Assembly: GCA_900759015.1 (NCBI GenBank) | Contig: CAAEUE010000001.1 | Coordinates: 45,637-109,636 of the forward strand | Source of the DNA: Clostridia bacterium | GTDB lineage: Bacteria; Bacillota; Clostridia; TANB77; CAG-508 | Length of the DNA: 64,000 bases | Direction: 5' to 3' | Shown here: one piece after another, positions 1-9,416 of the stretch | How the letters are laid out: the number at the start of each line of letters is the position of its first letter | Position numbering within the stretch: the first letter of the stretch is position 1 | The notes under the pieces: generated by a model | The model's input: only the letters and a program-made list of their open reading frames with translations | What the model was told of the DNA's origin: nothing | Databases searched by the model: none | Program-made: the position numbers and the translations under genes

Positions 1-1689
1 AATGTTTATTACTTTAAAAAATTGTGATTCATCTATTTTTTGATTTGTTATTACTAAAGTTTTTGCTCCTCTCGTAATAACTTCTTGGATATTACTAATT
101 GTTTTTTCAACCAAATTAGGATTTGTAATAATTCCTATTACTGTAACGTCATTTTCTATTAAAGCTATAGGTCCATGTTTTAATTCACCTGCCGCATAGC
201 TTTCAGAATGAATATATGAAATTTCTTTTAATTTTAAAGAGCCTTCAGATGCTACATAGTAATCTACACCTCTACCTAAGAAGAACATATCTGTTTCTTT
301 ATATACAATATTAGCAAAGTTTTTAACTTCTGCAACATTTCTTAATGTTATTTCTGCTTTTTTTGGTAATTCCAAAAGCTCTTTTTTTATTGAATCAATT
401 GTTGAGCTAGGAACTCTATCTAAAACTTCTGCAAAATATAATGCTAAAATATTTAATAAAACAACTTGTGATGTATATGCTTTTGTAGAAGCAACAGCAA
501 TTTCTGGACCTGCATGTGTATAAATGCAGTAATCTGCTTCACGAGTTATAGAACTACCAATAACATTAGCTATTGCTATAGTTTTAGCTCCTTTGCTTTT
601 TGCAAGTTTTAAAGCTGCAATTGTATCTGCAGTCTCGCCAGATTGACTAATATAAATACATAAAGTATGTTCATCTATTAAAGGATCTCTGTATCTGAAT
701 TCTGAAGCTATATCAACTTCAGTTGGGATTTTACAGAAATTTTCGAAAGTTGCCTTTGTAGCAAGCCCAGCATTCATTGCTGTACCACATGCAACAATAT
801 ATATTCTATTAATAGTTTCTAAAAATTCTTTTGTTATTTCGAAATCATTAAAAGAAATTTTATTTTCAGATAATTTAGAACCAATTGTTTCTCTTATTGC
901 ATTAGGTTGTTCATAAATTTCTTTTAACATAAAATCATCATAACCATCTTTTTCTGCTGATGCAGTATTCCATTCAATACTTTTTATTGGCTTATCAATT
1001 CTATTTAAATCATTATCATAAAAGTCTATATTATCTCTTGATAGTACTGCAAATTCTCTATCATTTAAGAAATAGAAGTCTTTAGTAAATGATAAAATAG
1101 CAGGAATATCAGAAGAAATATAATTTTCATCTAAACCTCTACCGATAACTAAAGGGCTATCTTGTCTTACGACAATCATATTGTCTGGATAATATTTGCA
1201 TAAAATTTCTAAAGCAAAACTACCTTTTAAATTATCACAAGTTAGTTTAACAGCTTTTAGGAAATCATTTTCTTTTTTATAATAAAAATTAATTAAATTT
1301 GGAATAACTTCTGTATCTGTATCAGAAAGGAATGTATATTCATTGTCTTCCAAAAATTTTCTTAGTTCATGATAATTTTCTATTATACCATTATGTACTA
1401 CTGCAAATAGTTTATCATTATCATAATGTGGATGAGAATTAACAGCAGAAGGTTTTCCATGTGTTGCCCATCTAGTATGACCAATACCGATTGTTCCTTC
1501 TAATTCATTTATTCCATCCATTGCATCTAAGTTTGCGATTCTTCCTTTTTCTTTTATAACTTTTATGCCATCTTTTTCGATTGTGGCAATGCCCGCAGAG
1601 TCATAACCTCTGTATTCTAATCTAAGTAAACCGTTAATTAATATAGGTTTAGCTTTTTTGGTTCCTATATAACCAATAATTCCACACAT
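1..1689 (-). CDS. glmS: Glutamine--fructose-6-phosphate aminotransferase, 3'-truncated by window edge
   Basis: Reverse-strand translation from ATG (rc of 1687..1689) gives MCGIIGYIG... with class-II glutamine amidotransferase N-terminal Cys and SIS domains. AGGAGG RBS upstream. The ORF runs off the window, so it is absent from the ORF track. Confidence 0.9.
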   Translation of the reverse strand, partial: MCGIIGYIGTKKAKPILINGLLRLEYRGYDSAGIATIEKDGIKVIKEKGRIANLDAMDGINELEGTIGIGHTRWATHGKPSAVNSHPHYDNDKLFAVVHNGIIENYHELRKFLEDNEYTFLSDTDTEVIPNLINFYYKKENDFLKAVKLTCDNLKGSFALEILCKYYPDNMIVVRQDSPLVIGRGLDENYISSDIPAILSFTKDFYFLNDREFAVLSRDNIDFYDNDLNRIDKPIKSIEWNTASAEKDGYDDFMLKEIYEQPNAIRETIGSKLSENKISFNDFEITKEFLETINRIYIVACGTAMNAGLATKATFENFCKIPTEVDIASEFRYRDPLIDEHTLCIYISQSGETADTIAALKLAKSKGAKTIAIANVIGSSITREADYCIYTHAGPEIAVASTKAYTSQVVLLNILALYFAEVLDRVPSSTIDSIKKELLELPKKAEITLRNVAEVKNFANIVYKETDMFFLGRGVDYYVASEGSLKLKEISYIHSESYAAGELKHGPIALIENDVTVIGIITNPNLVEKTISNIQEVITRGAKTLVITNQKIDESQFFKVINI

Positions 1690-1699
1690 ATATTGTTCC

Positions 1700-1875
1700 T
1701 CCTATAAAAAATAACCAAAAAGTAACAATATAGCTACACAATTAGATTTGTTCTACTATCACTAGTAGGTTTTGCTAATATTTATGGTTGTAGCAAACCA
1801 CAGAGTACCCGCCGAATATTTCGATAAACTCTGACCTCGTCAACACTGTAAGTGTCCTGGCGCTTTGTATAATTG
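1700..1875 (-). ncRNA. glmS ribozyme (GlcN6P-responsive self-cleaving leader)
   Basis: The reverse complement of 1800..1870 contains AGCGCCAGGAC...GACGAGG...UUAUCGAAAUAUUCGGCGGGUAC. This matches the conserved glmS ribozyme core immediately upstream of glmS. The region is GC-rich relative to surrounding DNA. Exact ends are approximate. Confidence 0.8.
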
Positions 1876-2080
1876 TCATTTATAATATATAAAATAAACC
1901 TCCTTTCAAATTTTATTACATTGTAAACTTTTTGGTTTACGTTATTATATTATAATAAAAACGAAAAAGTATCAAGTCCTTAATAAAATTATAGGTATTG
2001 CTAAATTTAAGAAAAGGGTATAAAATAAACGAGTGTAACAAATGGTTTAGTTTATTCAATCCTGAATGGGAGGAAAAAGT

Positions 2081-2536
2081 ATGATAGTAAGGATGGATGA
2101 TTTCTACCGGATTAGCTACAAAGGAAGAGAGTTTGATTTTAAAGTTTTAGAACTTAAAGAGTCCACACATATGTGTATCGTGGGAAGCGATGAAAAGGTA
2201 CAGGAATTGCTGGTTGAGCTTTTGAAACCTAAAGATGAATCTGATGGAGATTATTACCCAGATTTGTTTGATGCTCTAAAAGAAGGCTTAAGAAAAGGAA
2301 ATATAGCCAAGACTTTTGGTAAAAATGTATTGGAAATAACCTTTTATTTTAATAAAGGTGTATTAATCCGTCTTTTCGCTAACAACATAAGGGCAGAGCA
2401 TGGCATTAGGGTAGCAGAAACAGCACTTTTCATGGATGGCAAACAAATTTATGAAGAGTTAGATAGATTGTTTTTAAAGCTTAGTGAAAACAAAGATGAT
2501 TTTTGGATTTGCTCAGATTTCTATGACAATGTGTGA
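2081..2536 (+). CDS. Hypothetical protein, compositionally distinct (GC-richer) orphan gene
   Basis: ORF track 2066..2536. The internal ATG at 2081 is preceded by GGGAGG at a good spacing. No motif recognised. GC is visibly higher than neighbours and a GC-rich tail follows (2537..2580). Confidence 0.5.
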   Translation: MIVRMDDFYRISYKGREFDFKVLELKESTHMCIVGSDEKVQELLVELLKPKDESDGDYYPDLFDALKEGLRKGNIAKTFGKNVLEITFYFNKGVLIRLFANNIRAEHGIRVAETALFMDGKQIYEELDRLFLKLSENKDDFWICSDFYDNV

Positions 2537-2593
2537 CCGGATTTAGTAGGGATGCACCTCAGTGATGGGGTGTATTTCTGCATTTTATGAATA

Positions 2594-2622
2594 TTGAAAC
2601 AAGAATTAAACGATGGTATAAT
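2594..2622 (+). promoter_or_regulatory. Sigma-A type promoter for uvrC
   Basis: TTGAAA (2594..2599), a 17-bp spacer, then TATAAT (2617..2622), about 30 nt upstream of the uvrC RBS. Confidence 0.45.
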
Positions 2623-2653
2623 ATATTGTATGATAATCATTTATTAACAAAAT

Positions 2654-4486
2654 ATGAAGAAGTTAATAAATAGGAGAGGTATTAAAATGCAGAATAATAA
2701 GTTTAATATAGAAGAGGAGATTAAAAAGTTACCCTCTAAACCAGGTGTATATCTTATGCACGATAAAAATAATAATATTATATACGTTGGTAAAGCAATT
2801 TCTCTAAAAAGACGTGTTACCTCATATTTTAGGAAAACAAATAAAACGGAACGTATAAAAAAGATGGTGTCTTTAGTTGATTATTTCGAATATATAGTTG
2901 TAAATAATGAAGCAGAAGCATTAATTTTAGAATGTAATTTAATAAAAAAATATAGACCAAAATTTAATGTACTATTAAAGGATGATAAAACATATCCATA
3001 TATAAAAATTGATGTAAAATCAGATTTCCCAAATGTAATTATAACAAGAAGATTAATAAATGATGGGTCAAAATATTTTGGCCCATATGCAAATCCAGGT
3101 GCTGCAAAAGAGATGGTAGACTTTATAAAAAGCAAATATAAAATTAGACAATGTAGAAATTTTAAATCTACACAAAGACCATGTCTAAATTATCATATAA
3201 AAAAATGTTTTGCTCCATGTGTGGGGTATATTTCTAAAGAAGATTATAGAAAACAGATTGATGAGATAATAGATCTATTAGATGGAAAGACAAGTAAAAT
3301 AATAAAAGAACTTGGAATGCAAATGGAAGAAGCATCTAAAAAACTGGATTTTGAAAAGGCTGCATATTTAAGAGATAAAATGGTTGCAATCGAAAGAATT
3401 TCGGAAAAACAAAGAGTATCTAATATATCAGAAAATAATATAGATGTTATAGGAATCGCAAAAAATGAACTAGAAGTTTGTGTAGAAATATTTTTTGTAA
3501 GAGGAAGTAAAATGGTTGGCAGAGAATATTATTTCTTCCAAGATTTAGTTGATATGTCAGATAGCGAGATTTTATCAGGATTTATAAAGCAATATTATAT
3601 GGATAATCCTAATTTACCAAATAAAATTATGATGAGATACGAGCCAGAAGATAAAGAAACAATAGAAGAATGGCTTTCTAATATTGCAAATCATAAGGTA
3701 GAGATAAAGACTCCTCAAAAAGGTGAAAAACTTCGTTTTGTTGAAATGGCAGAAAATAATGCAGAAGTTACTTTGAAAAATAAATTTGAGGATAAAAATA
3801 CTTTGCTACTAGAACTAAAAGATGTATTAAAAATGGATAAGATACCAAGGAAGATTGAATGTTATGATATATCTAATATATCTGGCACAAACATGGTAGC
3901 TGGCATGTGTGTAATGCAGAATGGGATTATAAAGAAGAATTTATCTAGAAGATTTAAGATAAAAACAGTTTATGGACAAGATGATCCTAGATGCATGGAA
4001 GAAGTAATAGAAAGAAGATTAAAGCATTCTCTAAATGGAACTAGTACTGGTTTTGGAAATTTACCAGATGTAATATTTGTAGATGGGGGAATTACACAAA
4101 TTAGAGCTGCAAGAAGAGTAATTGATAAGTTAAATGTTGATATAAAAATTTTTGGAATGGTTAAGAATGATAAACATAGAACTAGAGCTTTAATGGACGA
4201 AGATAGAAATGAAATAGAAATATCAGAGGAATTATTAAATTTAATTACAAGATTTCAAGATACTGTTCATGATACCGCAATTTCTTATCATAAAAAGTTG
4301 CGTGAGAAAGAAATGACAGAATCAGCGCTAGATAAGATTCCTGGAATAGGAAAGATAAAGAGAAATTTATTATTAAAAAGATTTAAAACTGTTAGTAATA
4401 TTAAAAATGCATCACCAGAAGAAATAATGACTGTAAAAGGAATAAATATGGATTTAGCAATAAAAATAAAACAAGAGTTACAATAA
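2654..4486 (+). CDS. uvrC: Excinuclease ABC subunit C
   Basis: 610 aa with an N-terminal GIY-YIG motif (GVYLMHDKNNNIIYVGKAISLKRRV), a UvrBC homology region and a C-terminal HhH. Good RBS. Confidence 0.95.
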   Translation: MKKLINRRGIKMQNNKFNIEEEIKKLPSKPGVYLMHDKNNNIIYVGKAISLKRRVTSYFRKTNKTERIKKMVSLVDYFEYIVVNNEAEALILECNLIKKYRPKFNVLLKDDKTYPYIKIDVKSDFPNVIITRRLINDGSKYFGPYANPGAAKEMVDFIKSKYKIRQCRNFKSTQRPCLNYHIKKCFAPCVGYISKEDYRKQIDEIIDLLDGKTSKIIKELGMQMEEASKKLDFEKAAYLRDKMVAIERISEKQRVSNISENNIDVIGIAKNELEVCVEIFFVRGSKMVGREYYFFQDLVDMSDSEILSGFIKQYYMDNPNLPNKIMMRYEPEDKETIEEWLSNIANHKVEIKTPQKGEKLRFVEMAENNAEVTLKNKFEDKNTLLLELKDVLKMDKIPRKIECYDISNISGTNMVAGMCVMQNGIIKKNLSRRFKIKTVYGQDDPRCMEEVIERRLKHSLNGTSTGFGNLPDVIFVDGGITQIRAARRVIDKLNVDIKIFGMVKNDKHRTRALMDEDRNEIEISEELLNLITRFQDTVHDTAISYHKKLREKEMTESALDKIPGIGKIKRNLLLKRFKTVSNIKNASPEEIMTVKGINMDLAIKIKQELQ

Positions 4487-4498
4487 CATAATAAATAA

Positions 4499-4529
4499 CT
4501 GCTTCGAAGGTTAACGAGGCAGTTTTTTG
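4499..4529 (+). terminator. Rho-independent terminator after uvrC
   Basis: Stem CTGCTTCG / CGAGGCAG followed by a T-run. Confidence 0.5.
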
Positions 4530-4595
4530 TTAGACAAAATATGGAAAAAATGGTATAATTATTATGTTTATAATCTGTTGAAAGGAGAGAGAATT

Positions 4596-5363
4596 ATGAA
4601 AAGAGAGCGGTTAGGTTATAAAGTAGGAGATTTACTAGTGGTAAAATCTCCAGAGACAGGAATCGCAGCGAAAGTAGAAATCCAAAAAGATGGAACGCTT
4701 GTGGCAAAGCTTATGAATATGGTTGAGGCAATGGAGAAGGAGATGCAGGCAAATAAAGAAGATGAAGAGCCATCCAAAAAGAAAATGATAACAGGGATGA
4801 TACTTTTTTATTTGGCAATAATTGGAGCATGTATTTTGGCCTCTGGAGTTGCTGTTGGTTTAGTGACAGCGTTATATTTTATTGCAATGACATTTGCTGC
4901 AATATATTTTCTATTGCCACAGATTATTTATGCAGTAAAGTATAAGGAAATGGTACAATACGAAAGCATATTCAGAAGAGTTGATACTTGTTATAAGCTA
5001 GGGCTTGAAATAAATGAATACAATTTAAAAAATATAACTGTTAAGCCATTTGTTCAAGAGATTACAGATAGAATGAATATTGAACATATTAGACAGTTAT
5101 TTTTGGCAACGACTATCACACCTTTTATATTAATTATTTCACATGTTAATATAATTATTCTGTTCACGATGGAAGCGCTGATATTTATAATTTATTATAT
5201 CTCTAAAAAAAATGAGAGATTATTAGAAATATTGAGCGAGATAAATGTGCTTCTTGTATATAGGAAGCCAACAGAACAACAAATTGAAAATGTTTTGTTT
5301 GGTCTCAATTATTTAAAAAAGTGCGAAGAAACAGAAGTTGCAAGTTGGTTCTACTGGCATTAA
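4596..5363 (+). CDS. Hypothetical integral membrane protein
   Basis: ORF track 4527..5363. The better start is ATG at 4596 with an AAAGGAGAGAG RBS. Several hydrophobic helices and no recognisable catalytic motif. Confidence 0.55.
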   Translation: MKRERLGYKVGDLLVVKSPETGIAAKVEIQKDGTLVAKLMNMVEAMEKEMQANKEDEEPSKKKMITGMILFYLAIIGACILASGVAVGLVTALYFIAMTFAAIYFLLPQIIYAVKYKEMVQYESIFRRVDTCYKLGLEINEYNLKNITVKPFVQEITDRMNIEHIRQLFLATTITPFILIISHVNIIILFTMEALIFIIYYISKKNERLLEILSEINVLLVYRKPTEQQIENVLFGLNYLKKCEETEVASWFYWH

Positions 5364-5404
5364 TCTTTTCAAAGAATTTGCTTGATTAAACAAGCAATGA
5401 AAAA

Positions 5405-5440
5405 ACAGTCATAAACCTAGATTAGGTATGGCTGTTTTTT
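5405..5440 (+). terminator. Rho-independent terminator
   Basis: Stem ACAGTCATA / TATGGCTGT followed by TTTTTT. Confidence 0.5.
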
Positions 5441-5507
5441 CAAATTTGATAAAATTAAAAATCTAAAAAGAAATCAAAATACTGATTGTAATTAAATTAT
5501 ACAAAAA

Positions 5508-5534
5508 GGGATTTAAGGACCGTCCCCAAATCCC
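5508..5534. repeat. Dispersed palindromic element copy 1 (GGGATTTaaGGACCGTCCccAAATCCC)
   Basis: Inverted repeat GGGATTT / AAATCCC flanking a GGACCGTCC core. A partial second core (ACGGACCGTCC) lies at 5554..5564. Located at the 3' end of deoD. Confidence 0.6.
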
Positions 5535-5572
5535 TCAATCTCGAAAGAGAAAAACGGACCGTCCAAAAATTC

Positions 5573-6292
5573 CTATAATAATATTCCAGATTCTAGAGCA
5601 ATTTTAATCATTTTTGTCAATCCTTGTTCACGTTCTTCTGGTGTTGCCTGTTTGTTTATAAATTGTGAGTCAACAACAGTCATTAAACAAGCAGCTTTTT
5701 TATTTAAAAGCTTTGCGTTGTAGAATAATGCAAATGCTTCCATTTCTGCTGCTATAGGTTTTATATTTTTTGGAATTCTATTAAAGAATTTTTTTGGGTC
5801 TGTCATATAAAAATCTACAGCGTCTGTACAAACAGTATTTCCTTCTGTTACTTTTATATCAGAGATGTCAGCGACTTGTTTTATTATAGAATTAAGTTTT
5901 TTATCTGCTGAGCAAATATGACAATCATCATTATTAAATGTAAGAGCATAATTTCCTTCTGTATATACGTCATCTGCAAGAACAACATCAAATAAGTCTA
6001 ATTCTTTAATATATCCTCCGCAAGAGCCAATTCTTATAATGTTTTCTACATCATAAAATTTATATAATTCATATGAATAAATTCCAACACTTGGCATTCC
6101 CATACCATGTGCCATAACAGAAATTCTTTTTCCTTTATATAAGCCTGTATATGCTAACATATTTCTAACAGAATTAACTAATCTAGCATCTTCTAAAAAA
6201 TTTTCTGCTATATATTTTGCACGTAAAGGATCTCCTGGCATAATAACAGTTTTTGCGAAATCACCGATTTCAGCTTCATTATGTGGCGTCAT
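5573..6292 (-). CDS. deoD: Purine nucleoside phosphorylase DeoD-type
   Basis: 239 aa, MTPHNEAEIGDFAKTVIMPGDPLRAKYIAE...GMGMPS...RIGSCGG, typical of the PNP/UDP phosphorylase family. Confidence 0.9.
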   Translation of the reverse strand: MTPHNEAEIGDFAKTVIMPGDPLRAKYIAENFLEDARLVNSVRNMLAYTGLYKGKRISVMAHGMGMPSVGIYSYELYKFYDVENIIRIGSCGGYIKELDLFDVVLADDVYTEGNYALTFNNDDCHICSADKKLNSIIKQVADISDIKVTEGNTVCTDAVDFYMTDPKKFFNRIPKNIKPIAAEMEAFALFYNAKLLNKKAACLMTVVDSQFINKQATPEEREQGLTKMIKIALESGILL

Positions 6293-6458
6293 ATTTTAAC
6301 CTCCTAAATATTTAAATTTTATATTAGTATATCATAATACTAAGAATTTATAATATTGTGATATATAAATGTAACATAAAAGTAATATTATGGAAATATA
6401 CAAATTAATGCAAAAAATGTATAATATTTGTAGAAAAAGTGAAAAGGAGAGAGAAAAT

Positions 6459-7142
6459 ATGTGGACATGTTTGTATTTAAGCCATATTGTAGTAATTATA
6501 ATGATTATAATAGCTATTTTAGGAATTATATATGGAATAAGTCAAAAAAAGATTAAGGTTTATCAAGTTATTATAATATTTTTATTTTGTGTAATTTCAA
6601 TGGCATTAGTTACAGGAGTAACATCAATGCAATGTATAGATGATTTAAATAGTGATATAGATTCAGCTACAGAAACTATTAAGACAGATTATTGGACATA
6701 TAATTCTGATGAGATGTCAATAATGGATAGTTATGTGGAGGGTTATACTAAACTAGTTGATTTAAAAACAGGAAATTTAGTTGCTGTTAAGGATGAAGCA
6801 GTATCAACAGGAAAGCCAGTAATAGATTTAAATAATAAAGAAGAGGCAGATGCAGAATGCCAAGCAATAGATATACAAGATGAATTAAATGCTACAGATG
6901 ATTATTTAATTACTTTGGATTCAAAAGAGTTCATTAAAGCAACAGATAATATTTACTATATAACTTATGATTATACATATACTAGTACAGAAGATAATTC
7001 AGAAGAAAAAGGAAAAGTGTACTATATTGTAAGTAGTGACAATCAAATTAAAACTATTGTTATGACAAGCATTAATAATGAAGAAAAAGAAGCTGAATTT
7101 GAAGAAAGAGTATTAGGAATTATTAATACAATGGATTTATAA
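6459..7142 (+). CDS. Hypothetical membrane-anchored protein with acidic extracellular domain
   Basis: ORF track 6390..7142. The internal ATG at 6459 follows an AAAGGAGAGAG RBS. One or two N-terminal TM helices followed by a D/E/T/Y-rich domain. Confidence 0.5.
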   Translation: MWTCLYLSHIVVIIMIIIAILGIIYGISQKKIKVYQVIIIFLFCVISMALVTGVTSMQCIDDLNSDIDSATETIKTDYWTYNSDEMSIMDSYVEGYTKLVDLKTGNLVAVKDEAVSTGKPVIDLNNKEEADAECQAIDIQDELNATDDYLITLDSKEFIKATDNIYYITYDYTYTSTEDNSEEKGKVYYIVSSDNQIKTIVMTSINNEEKEAEFEERVLGIINTMDL

Positions 7143-7157
7143 AAGGAGGTAAAGTTC

Positions 7158-7547
7158 ATGTTAATAGCATTAAATTTTGTTTTCGATATCATAGTAGCAA
7201 TTTTAGTATATGAGTACTTTAAAAGAGATAAAAAAATTGAAGCATTTGCTGCTGCTGTTATTATAAAAGTTGCATATTTCTTATCATCAACTGTAATTAC
7301 AGGGCAATTTAATTTTATAGGGTTTATAATATACATATTAGTAATGATATGTGTTGCACGATTATTTATTATAATAGTTCAAGAAATTTATAAGACGGAT
7401 TTACATCCTGTATTATTTATAATAGTTACAGCATTAATTGGGGCATTAATAATGTCATTGATAGGAGAAATTTTATATACATTATTATTTAAATTAGTAA
7501 CTTTATTTGTTGCTACATTCCAATATTCTTTAGATAAAATTTCTTAA
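7158..7547 (+). CDS. Small hypothetical membrane protein
   Basis: 129 aa with a strong AAGGAGGT RBS and 3-4 predicted TM helices. Confidence 0.55.
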   Translation: MLIALNFVFDIIVAILVYEYFKRDKKIEAFAAAVIIKVAYFLSSTVITGQFNFIGFIIYILVMICVARLFIIIVQEIYKTDLHPVLFIIVTALIGALIMSLIGEILYTLLFKLVTLFVATFQYSLDKIS

Positions 7548-7599
7548 GTACTTGAATCAAAAAAACTAATGTGATACAATGCAATAAATTAATTAAAGT

Positions 7600-7656
7600 G
7601 AGAGATTAAAAAAAAACCGATTTTGGCGATTTTTTAATCTCTCTTTTGTTTTTTAT
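7600..7656 (+). terminator. Rho-independent terminator / possible pyrG leader attenuator
   Basis: Stem GAGAGATTAAAAAA / TTTTTTAATCTCTC followed by a T-rich run, between the 7158 gene and the pyrG promoter (TTGATA 7689, TATAAA 7712). Confidence 0.5.
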
Positions 7657-7741
7657 ATAGTAATAAGGACTTTTAAGTAAGAGAAAAATTGATACTATAT
7701 ACTTACAAATTTATAAAATTTTTAGAAAGGAGTTAATATAG

Positions 7742-9343
7742 ATGAATACTAAGTATATTTTTGTAACAGGAGGGGTTGTTTCTGGACTCGGAAAAGGAAT
7801 AACAGCAGCATCATTAGGAAGACTTTTAAAAAATAGAGGCTATAAGGTAACAATTCAGAAATTTGATCCATATTTAAATGTGGATCCTGGAACAATGAGC
7901 CCATATGAACATGGAGAAGTTTTTGTTACAGATGATGGAGCAGAAACAGATTTAGATTTAGGTCATTATGAAAGATTTATTGATGAAAATTTAACTAAAG
8001 ATTCTAGTATAACAATGGGTAAAATATATCTGGAAGTTTTAGAAAAAGAAAGAGAAGGAGAGTATTTAGGAAAAACTGTACAAGTTATTCCACATGTAAC
8101 GAATAAAATAAAAGAAAAAATATATAGTTTTGAAAATACAGATACAGACATAGTAATTACTGAAATAGGTGGAACAGTTGGTGATATAGAAGGGCTTTCT
8201 ATAATAGAAGCAATAAGACAAGTTGGATTAGAGAAAAATCCAGAAGATGTATTGTATATTCATGTTACACTTCTTCCATATATAAGTGGATCTAATGAAA
8301 TAAAATCAAAACCAACTCAACATTCTGTAAAAGAATTACAATCTTATGGAATAAAACCTAATATATTAGTATGTAGAAGTGAAATAGATATACCAGATTC
8401 TATAAGAGAAAAGCTAGCTTTATTTTGTAACGTAAGAAAAGAAAATGTTATTCAAAATAAAACTGTAAAATGTTTATATGAAGTGCCACTTATGTTAGAA
8501 AAAGAGGGATTAGGAAGAGCGGTTTGCAATCAATTAAGATTGGATAACTATATTCCAGATAATTCAGAATGGCAACAAATGATAGATAAAATAGAAAATA
8601 TACAAAATAAGACAGTAAAAATTGCAATTGTAGGTAAATATACAAGATTAGAAGATTCATATATATCGGTAATAGAAAGTTTAACTCATGCAGGTTATGC
8701 AAATGATGTTAAAGTAAAAGTGGATTTAGTAGATTCTGAAAAAATAAATGATGATAATGTAAAAGATAAATTAAAAGAATATGATGGAATAGTTGTACCA
8801 GGAGGGTTTGGAAACAGAGGAATAGAAGGAATGATTACTGCTATAGAGTATGCAAGGAAAAATGGAGTTCCATTTTTGGGAATATGCCTTGGGATGCAAA
8901 TGGCAGTTGTTGAATTTGCAAGACATGCATTAGGATTAAAGGATGCGAATTCCGAAGAATTTGATAAAAATAGTAAAAATAAAGTTATACATATAATGGA
9001 CGATCAAAAAGATATAAAAAGAAAAGGAGGAACAATGAGATTAGGAGCATATCCATGCTTATTAAAAGAAAATAGTAAAGTAAGAGAATTATATGGAAAA
9101 GAAAATATTTCGGAAAGACATAGACATCGTTTTGAATACAATAATGAATATAAAGAAAAATTAGAAAAGTATGGTTTGATATGCACAGGTGTTTCACCAA
9201 ATGGAAAACTTGTAGAAATTGTAGAATTTATAACTCATCCGTTTTTTGTAGGAGTACAATTTCATCCAGAACTAAAATCAAGACCAAATAGACCGGCACC
9301 AGTATTTGTTGGTTTAATAAAGGCTGCGAAAGAAAGAAATTAG
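7742..9343 (+). CDS. pyrG: CTP synthase
   Basis: 533 aa with an N-terminal synthetase domain ([11 protein letters not shown]) and a C-terminal glutamine amidotransferase domain (GICLGMQ, HPE). Confidence 0.95.
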   Translation: MNTKYIFVTGGVVSGLGKGITAASLGRLLKNRGYKVTIQKFDPYLNVDPGTMSPYEHGEVFVTDDGAETDLDLGHYERFIDENLTKDSSITMGKIYLEVLEKEREGEYLGKTVQVIPHVTNKIKEKIYSFENTDTDIVITEIGGTVGDIEGLSIIEAIRQVGLEKNPEDVLYIHVTLLPYISGSNEIKSKPTQHSVKELQSYGIKPNILVCRSEIDIPDSIREKLALFCNVRKENVIQNKTVKCLYEVPLMLEKEGLGRAVCNQLRLDNYIPDNSEWQQMIDKIENIQNKTVKIAIVGKYTRLEDSYISVIESLTHAGYANDVKVKVDLVDSEKINDDNVKDKLKEYDGIVVPGGFGNRGIEGMITAIEYARKNGVPFLGICLGMQMAVVEFARHALGLKDANSEEFDKNSKNKVIHIMDDQKDIKRKGGTMRLGAYPCLLKENSKVRELYGKENISERHRHRFEYNNEYKEKLEKYGLICTGVSPNGKLVEIVEFITHPFFVGVQFHPELKSRPNRPAPVFVGLIKAAKERN

Positions 9344-9416
9344 GGACATTTCTTGTTTTACTAGGGGATATTTAAAAAATCTAAGTTTAAAAAAGAAAGA
9401 AGGTTAGAGCAATGCT

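Noticed and set aside
2881-3135. 84-aa minus-strand ORF inside uvrC
   Set aside because: Antisense to a well-supported gene. No RBS. Hydrophobic AT-rich artefact.
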